A stretch of 64,000 nucleotides of DNA, taken from positions 1,394 through 65,393 of the forward strand of contig JAFGWL010000001.1 in NCBI GenBank assembly GCA_016937175.1, read 5' to 3'. The notes beneath the pieces were generated by a model. The model saw only the letters and a list, made by a program, of their open reading frames with translations, made no database searches and was not told the origin of the DNA. The stretch comes from Candidatus Mcinerneyibacteriota bacterium (GTDB lineage: Bacteria > Macinerneyibacteriota > Macinerneyibacteria > Macinerneyibacteriales > DSCS01). Positions 58,406 through 64,000 of the stretch are shown here, piece by piece. The number at the start of each line of letters is the position of its first letter. Positions within the stretch are counted from its first letter, which is position 1. A program made the position numbers and the translations under genes.

Positions 58406-59322
58406 TCATCTTCTTTTTCGTCGACGGGCTGGGTATCGGGAAAAGAGACGAGTCCAACCCCCTCTATATAGGAGACTTTCCCTTTTTCGACAGGATCTTC
58501 CGTAAACATACATCCTATGTGGATGCGGTGATGAATGTGCCCGGGCTACCCCAGAGCGCCACAGGACAGACATCGATCTTTACCGGTTATAATGCCGCCC
58601 GGCTCCTGGGATGTCACAAGGAAGGGTTCCCCGGGGGACGTCTTTCCGGCCTTATCAAAAAGGAATCCCTTTTTAAGAAGCTTCAGGACCACGGTTACCG
58701 GCCTACTTTTGCCAATGCCTATCTCATCGATGATATGGAAGCTTTGAGCCGCCAGCGGTTTCTCTCGGTGACAAGCCTTATGGCCATGACCACAGAAAAG
58801 AGTGTCCGAGGGTTGAAAAAGCTTTCCAAAGGAGAGGCGGTCTTCCACGATATCACCAATATCTCCCTTGTGGACGGGTCTGTCCCAAGCCCCCAGCAGG
58901 AAGCCCTCCTGGAGCGCTTCGGCAATATCGTCGACCATTCCCTTCTGAAAGAGGTACCCCTCATCGACCCCCGGAAGGCGGCTAAGAACCTCTATGCCAT
59001 TGCCCGGAACTACCATGTCACCCTCTTTGAATACTTTCTTACTGACCGGGCGGGGCATGAGGGGGATATGGAACGGTCCCTGGAGATCCTGAAGCGTTTG
59101 GAGGTCTTTACAGAAGCCCTTCTGGGGATGATGAACCTCAACCGCCAGACTTTTATCCTCACTTCTGACCATGGGAATATAGAGGACCTCTCTGTCCCGA
59201 CACATACCTATAATCCGGTCCCGTTTACTGTAGCCGGCCGGGGGGAGCGTTATCTGAAAGGGATCTCATCCCTTTATGAGATCACCCCGTCTATCATGGA
59301 AAATATCCATTATCTCTTATAG
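58402..59322 (+). CDS. Alkaline-phosphatase-superfamily metalloenzyme (iPGM-like)
   Basis: FVDGLG, PQSATGQT, TDRAGH, TSDHGNIED, HT.NPVP. Confidence 0.82.
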   Translation: MIIFFFVDGLGIGKRDESNPLYIGDFPFFDRIFRKHTSYVDAVMNVPGLPQSATGQTSIFTGYNAARLLGCHKEGFPGGRLSGLIKKESLFKKLQDHGYRPTFANAYLIDDMEALSRQRFLSVTSLMAMTTEKSVRGLKKLSKGEAVFHDITNISLVDGSVPSPQQEALLERFGNIVDHSLLKEVPLIDPRKAAKNLYAIARNYHVTLFEYFLTDRAGHEGDMERSLEILKRLEVFTEALLGMMNLNRQTFILTSDHGNIEDLSVPTHTYNPVPFTVAGRGERYLKGISSLYEITPSIMENIHYLL

Positions 59323-59333
59323 AGTCTTTTTTC

Positions 59334-59361
59334 TTGACTTCTCACCCCGGTTTGGTATGAT
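59334..59361 (+). promoter_or_regulatory. sigma70 promoter of infC operon
   Basis: TTGACT-16 nt-TATGAT with extended TG. Confidence 0.7.
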
Positions 59362-59367
59362 GAGAGC

Positions 59368-59470
59368 ACATAAAAGCGGGAACGCCTGTTCCTCACCGTA
59401 TCGGCCCGAAAGGCGCTGACCGGTAAAGAAGAAGATTTCGGACAGGCGGGTTGTTTATACCCGCTTTTTT
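59368..59470 (+). ncRNA. L20 leader-like cis-regulatory RNA/attenuator
   Basis: CGCCTGTTCC pairs with GGACAGGCG; terminator GCGGGT..ACCCGC-T6; alternative pairing AAAAGCGGG/CCCGCTTTT; upstream of infC-rpmI-rplT. Confidence 0.7.
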
Positions 59471-59488
59471 AATTTAAGGAGGTGTGTT

Positions 59489-60022
59489 ATCGCTAAGGTA
59501 TCGGGCAGACGAAATGAAAAAGAGGATGCCGTACGGATCAATGGAGCAATCAGGGCACGGGAAGTCCGTGTCGTCGGGCCGGAAGGAGAACAGATCGGGG
59601 TCATGGGATCCCGTGAAGCTTTGTCTTTGGCTGAGGAGAAGGGGCTGGACCTTGTGGAAGTGGCTCCCAACGCCAGGCCTCCTGTGGTCCGGATCATGGA
59701 TTACGGCAAGTTCCGGTATGAGCAGACAAAAAAGCAAAAAAAGAACAAAAAGAATGTCATCCAGGTCAAGGAGATCCAGTTCCGCCCTAAAACGGACATC
59801 CATGATTATAATTTCAAAGTCCGTCATATCCGGGAGTTTCTGGAAAAGGGCCACCGCGTCAAGGTAGGGGTCTATTTCCGGGGGCGGGAGATGGCTTATC
59901 TCGACAAAGGCCGGGAGATCCTGGCTCAGGTCATGCAGGAGCTGGAAGAAGTGGCCAAGATCGAGAAGGACATAGACCAGGCCGGGCATTTGATGTTTTT
60001 AATCGTATCACCGAAGAAATAG
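59489..60022 (+). CDS. infC: Translation initiation factor IF-3 (ATC start)
   Basis: AAGGAGGT RBS then ATC in frame: [44 protein letters not shown]. Confidence 0.93.
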   Translation: MAKVSGRRNEKEDAVRINGAIRAREVRVVGPEGEQIGVMGSREALSLAEEKGLDLVEVAPNARPPVVRIMDYGKFRYEQTKKQKKNKKNVIQVKEIQFRPKTDIHDYNFKVRHIREFLEKGHRVKVGVYFRGREMAYLDKGREILAQVMQELEEVAKIEKDIDQAGHLMFLIVSPKK

Positions 60023-60038
60023 AAAGGATGTGTCGAAA

Positions 60039-60239
60039 ATGCCTAAGATCAAAACACGAAGAGCCGCCGCAAAGCGGTTTCGGGTAACAGGAAGCGGAAA
60101 AGTTGTCCGTAATAAGGCTTATAAAAGCCACATACTGACAAAGAAGAGCGCCAAAAGGAAGAAAAACCTTCGTCAAAGCACTCTGGTGGATAAAAGCGAT
60201 TACAAGAGGGTCAAGGATATGATCCCTTACAAATTCTGA
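60039..60239 (+). CDS. rpmI: 50S ribosomal protein L35
   Basis: MPKIKT.RAAAKRF.VTGSGK, HILTKK. Confidence 0.96.
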   Translation: MPKIKTRRAAAKRFRVTGSGKVVRNKAYKSHILTKKSAKRKKNLRQSTLVDKSDYKRVKDMIPYKF

Positions 60240-60254
60240 CAGGAGGAGACAAAG

Positions 60255-60611
60255 ATGAGAGCAACAAGCGGAGTCGCAAGACGAAAAAGGAAAAACCGTA
60301 TCTTCCGTGCGGTAAAAGGCTATTGGGGTGCAAAAAGCAAACTTTACAGGATGGCTGTGAATGCTCACCGTCGTGCCATGCAATATGCCTATGTAGGGCG
60401 AAAACAGAAAAAAAGAGATTTTCGCAAACTGTGGATCGCCCGGATCAATGCCGCCTGCCGCATGAACGATATGAAATACTCCGAGTTCATCCATGGCCTC
60501 AAGATCGCCAATGTGGAATTGAACCGTAAGATGCTTGCGGAGATCGCCGCAACCGACGAACAGGGATTCAAAGCCCTGGTGGAAGTGGCCAAAAACGGTT
60601 TGAATGGATAA
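60255..60611 (+). CDS. rplT: 50S ribosomal protein L20
   Basis: [34 protein letters not shown]. Confidence 0.97.
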   Translation: MRATSGVARRKRKNRIFRAVKGYWGAKSKLYRMAVNAHRRAMQYAYVGRKQKKRDFRKLWIARINAACRMNDMKYSEFIHGLKIANVELNRKMLAEIAATDEQGFKALVEVAKNGLNG

Positions 60612-61059
60612 GTTTATTGCCCGGAACAAAAAAGCCCGCCATGAGTACCACATCCTGGAGACCATCGAGGCGGGCATTGTTCTCACCGGGACGGAGGTCA
60701 AATCCTGCCGTGCCGGGAAGTTAAGTATCAAGGAGAGCTACGCCCGTTTCATCAAGGGGGAGCTCTATCTGGTCAATGCCCACATCGCTCCCTACGAGAC
60801 GGGTTCACTCTTCAATCACGAGGAGACACGGACACGCAAACTCCTGCTGTCCCGGCAGGAGATCAGAAAACTTTTGGGGAAAGTGAATGAAGAGGGCCTT
60901 ACCCTGATCCCGTTAGCGGCCTATTTTAATCAGAGAAATGTCCTGAAGATCGAACTGGCCCTGGCCCGGGGCAAAAAGATCTATGACAAAAGAGAAGATA
61001 TCAAAAAGAGGGATATGCACAGGGAGGCCATGCGTGAGTTGAAAAGGAACCGGGGATGA
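60604..61059 (+). CDS. smpB: SsrA-binding protein
   Basis: [39 protein letters not shown]. Confidence 0.96.
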   Translation: MDKFIARNKKARHEYHILETIEAGIVLTGTEVKSCRAGKLSIKESYARFIKGELYLVNAHIAPYETGSLFNHEETRTRKLLLSRQEIRKLLGKVNEEGLTLIPLAAYFNQRNVLKIELALARGKKIYDKREDIKKRDMHREAMRELKRNRG

Positions 61060-62240
61060 AAAGGGGCCTTTTTCTTACTTTATTTCTTCTTTTGGCGGCC
61101 CAGCTGGCTGTCACCCTGTCTGTCAGGAGATGGGCTGCTGCTCATCAGGGCACCGGCCTTCTCATCTATCTTGAGTTTTCACAGGATCCGGGGCTTCTTC
61201 GACCCTATGTGACCTCATCGGGAGCTGTGCTTCTTCTGAATGAAAAAGTGGATCCTTTCAGCGTCTCCGGTGATGTGACCCTCACCGGGCGGGGGATGAT
61301 CCTGGATATCGCGACCTCTCTCACAGTCTACGGATATCGGCTTACCCAGAAGGGGAGGCTGTTGAATCTCGAACTCTATACCACGCCTTTCCTGGCTGAC
61401 GCAGATAAGCTTCTTCCCCCCTTTCAGAGGGAGAAAAAAGAGGACAAAGAGGCCGCTTCAGCAGAGCCGCCGAAGACTCTGATCATACAGAAGGAGAGTC
61501 TGCCTCCTACAGACCCGGCGGACCACCGGGAAAAAAAGGAGAAGTGGGTCATCGTCATAGACCCCGGCCATGGGGGGCACTCTTCCGGGGCTGTGGGGCC
61601 CACCGGATATAAGGAGAAAGACCTGGTCCTGGCCGTCTCCAAAGAGGTCAAAAAAATATTGGATCAAGAGAGCCGGATCTCCGTGGTGATGACTCGCGAG
61701 ACAGATGTCTTCAAGGGGCTGGGCGAGAGGACTGCCCTGGCCAATAAGATCAAAGCCGACCTTTTCGTGAGTATCCATGCCAATGCTGTCTGGGGGAAAG
61801 CGCGCCGGAAAGTGGCCCGGGGTGTCGAGACATATTTTTTGGGAGAGGCCCAGACAGACGAAGACCGTGCCCTGGCCATCAAAGAGAACGAAGATATAAA
61901 ATATGAGTCGGAATACGGCGATGCAGCTATCCTGGAACTTATCCTCTCCGACCTGACGCAAACTCTCTATCAGAAAGAGAGCCATAACCTTGCCGCTCTC
62001 ATCCAAGGCAGGCTGATCAGGTCAACCGGATGGACAGACCGGGGCGTCAAACAGAATAACTATTATGTCCTCCGACTTTGCTATATGCCTGCAGTCCTCG
62101 TGGAGATCGGCTTTATCTCTCATCCGGAGGAGGAGCGGCTTTTGAAGAACAAGGAGCGACAGCGGGAGATCGCCCGGGAGATCGCTGAAGGAATAAAAGA
62201 GTATATCAGAAAGCACGATACCCTTTATGCCGAAGAGTAA
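61056..62240 (+). CDS. N-acetylmuramoyl-L-alanine amidase (Amidase_3, AmiA/AmiC-like)
   Basis: Signal peptide, IDPGHGG, EKD, FVSIHAN, GVETY, A.KEN inhibitory helix, [15 protein letters not shown]. Confidence 0.92.
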   Translation: MKRGLFLTLFLLLAAQLAVTLSVRRWAAAHQGTGLLIYLEFSQDPGLLRPYVTSSGAVLLLNEKVDPFSVSGDVTLTGRGMILDIATSLTVYGYRLTQKGRLLNLELYTTPFLADADKLLPPFQREKKEDKEAASAEPPKTLIIQKESLPPTDPADHREKKEKWVIVIDPGHGGHSSGAVGPTGYKEKDLVLAVSKEVKKILDQESRISVVMTRETDVFKGLGERTALANKIKADLFVSIHANAVWGKARRKVARGVETYFLGEAQTDEDRALAIKENEDIKYESEYGDAAILELILSDLTQTLYQKESHNLAALIQGRLIRSTGWTDRGVKQNNYYVLRLCYMPAVLVEIGFISHPEEERLLKNKERQREIAREIAEGIKEYIRKHDTLYAEE

Positions 62241-63282
62241 GCTGAGTGTCCGGCGTTTGACACCGGAAGATTATAAGAAAGCAGGGGACGGGATTCCCCA
62301 CCACTTTCTCCAGTCTGCCGAGTGGGGCCTTTTCAAGTCACGCCACGGATGGGAGCCTCAATATTGGGGGTTGTACAGAGAGAAGTCCTGTGCGGGCCTT
62401 GCCCTTGTCCTCCGGCGTTCTCTTCCCCGGGGGTATGTCTTTGCTTATATTCCCAAAGGGCCGACCTTTGCCGGAGGAGAAGAGGAGTTTTCCGAAGCCG
62501 CCGGCTTGCTGGCAGAGGCTGTGAGGGCTCATGCCGGGAAAAAGCTTCTCTTTATCCGGATGGAGCCGCACCTTCTTAGGACAGAACCCCTTGAGCGGAC
62601 CTTCCGCCGGAAAGGCTGGGTGCCTGCGCCTTACGATGTCCAATACCGCTTTACCAGACGGATCCGGATCACAGACTTGGAGAGCCTGTGGGCCTCCTTC
62701 ACCTCGAAACAGCGCAATAAGATCAGAACAGCGGAGCGTAAAGGGGTTGAAATAAAGCGGCTTTCTGATAAGAAAGAGCTCAAAGCCTGGTACGAGATCT
62801 ATTGTGAGACAGCGCGAAGAAACAGGATCTTCATCCATCCGTTCTCTTATTATGAAGATTTTTTCGAGTCCTTTCACTCTGCGGGTTTTCTCTCTTTCTG
62901 GGCGGCCTTTTTCAATGACCATATGATGGCCGGGGCTTTTATCATCCATTATCCGGGCGAATCCATCTACATGTATTCGGGGTCCTCGGATTTTGAGCGG
63001 CAGAGAAGACCCAATGAGGCGATCCAATGGGCGGCCCTCCGGGAGGCTGCCGAAAGAGGGGCGCAGGAATACGACTTGTGGGGAGTGGCCCCTCCGGGCG
63101 AAAAAAGTCATCCCTGGAATGGATTAAGCGAATTTAAATCGGGATTCGGCGGCCGTGTCCAGGAGTTTGCCGGCTGCTGGGACCTTCCTGTGCGGAGAGG
63201 CCTTTACAGGCTTTTCCTTTTTGCAGAGAAAATGCGAAGATTTGCTCTGTTGATGAAAAAAAAGAGAGGCGGGGCCGGGTGA
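62227..63282 (+). CDS. FemAB/FemX-family aminoacyl-tRNA-dependent peptidoglycan transferase
   Basis: HFLQS.EWG.FK..GW, YIPKGP, RNKIR.AER.GV, YMYSGS, YDLWG, FKSGFGG. Confidence 0.88.
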   Translation: MPKSKLSVRRLTPEDYKKAGDGIPHHFLQSAEWGLFKSRHGWEPQYWGLYREKSCAGLALVLRRSLPRGYVFAYIPKGPTFAGGEEEFSEAAGLLAEAVRAHAGKKLLFIRMEPHLLRTEPLERTFRRKGWVPAPYDVQYRFTRRIRITDLESLWASFTSKQRNKIRTAERKGVEIKRLSDKKELKAWYEIYCETARRNRIFIHPFSYYEDFFESFHSAGFLSFWAAFFNDHMMAGAFIIHYPGESIYMYSGSSDFERQRRPNEAIQWAALREAAERGAQEYDLWGVAPPGEKSHPWNGLSEFKSGFGGRVQEFAGCWDLPVRRGLYRLFLFAEKMRRFALLMKKKRGGAG

Positions 63283-64000
63283 AGACCTATCTAGCTCCCA
63301 TGGCAGGATATACAGACAGGGCTTTCCGTGACCTCTGCCGTGCTGAAGGGGCCCATGTCCCCTTTACGGAGATGGTCAATGCACGTCAGCTCCTGGCCGT
63401 CCCCGAAAAAGCCAAAGAACTTCTTCAGATCGAGGGGGAGCCTTCCCCTGTGGCGGTACAACTTTTCGGCCATGATCCCGAGACTCTCAGCCGGGCGGCT
63501 GAAGTCCTTCAGGGATGGGATGTGGATCACATCGATTTGAACTGCGGATGTCCCGCCCGGAAAGTCGTCAAAAACGGAGCAGGGGTCGCCCTGCTAAAAG
63601 ACCTGCCGAGGCTTCGCCGTATTGTCCGGCTCATGCGCGCTACTATTACAGAAGCGGTTTTCAGCATCAAGATCCGGGCCGGATGGGACCTGGATTCCCT
63701 TGTCTATCGGGAAGCGGGAAGGATCGCCCAGGAAGAAGGGGCTGACCTTATCTTTTTCCACGCCAGGACACGCAGCCAGGGGTTTTCCGGGAAAGCCTGG
63801 TGGCCCTGGATCAAAGAGCTGAAAGAGAATCTCTCAATTCCAGTGGTAGGCAACGGGGATATCCGATCCTGGGAGGAAGCTTGGGAGAGAAAAGAGGCAA
63901 GCGGCTGTGACGGGATCATGATCGGACGGGGATCCATCGGAAGACCCCGCCTTTTTCGCGAGATCATGATCCGGGAGACGCTGCCCCTCACCCGGGATGA
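63279..64000 (+). CDS. tRNA-dihydrouridine synthase (DusB-like), 3' end outside window
   Basis: GTG start: KTYLAPMAGYTD.AFR, FTEMV, DLNCGCP, KIRAGW, HART, GNGDI, MIGRG; absent from ORF track because it has no stop in the window. Confidence 0.92.
   Translation, partial: MKTYLAPMAGYTDRAFRDLCRAEGAHVPFTEMVNARQLLAVPEKAKELLQIEGEPSPVAVQLFGHDPETLSRAAEVLQGWDVDHIDLNCGCPARKVVKNGAGVALLKDLPRLRRIVRLMRATITEAVFSIKIRAGWDLDSLVYREAGRIAQEEGADLIFFHARTRSQGFSGKAWWPWIKELKENLSIPVVGNGDIRSWEEAWERKEASGCDGIMIGRGSIGRPRLFREIMIRETLPLTRD

Overview
Bacterial chromosomal window spanning the replication origin of a probably diderm organism. The dnaA-dnaN-recF-dciA operon (- strand) reads away from an AT-rich oriC at ~10970-11490, followed by three tRNA-Ser genes. 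A glycan cassette lies between these and a fourth tRNA-Ser, then murI and priA. A ~35 kb minus-strand block carries a kinase/TPR/GGDEF giant, parAB with two parS sites, thrS, wbpB/E-like genes, pyk, dnaE, guaA, wza/wzz, purLQ, pilD and pilins. The window ends with an L20 leader-infC(AUC start)-rpmI-rplT-smpB-amidase-fem-dus operon. I saw no integrase, transposase or CRISPR array. The most striking signal is a DnaA with a substituted DNA-recognition helix (RDHAAVINA rather than RDHTTVLHA). It sits beside an origin with DnaA-trios but no perfect TTATCCACA, which instead repeats an RRRRACACA motif. The same motif lies inside an identical 15-mer at the guaA and purL promoters. All calls come from motif recognition by eye; no searches were run.
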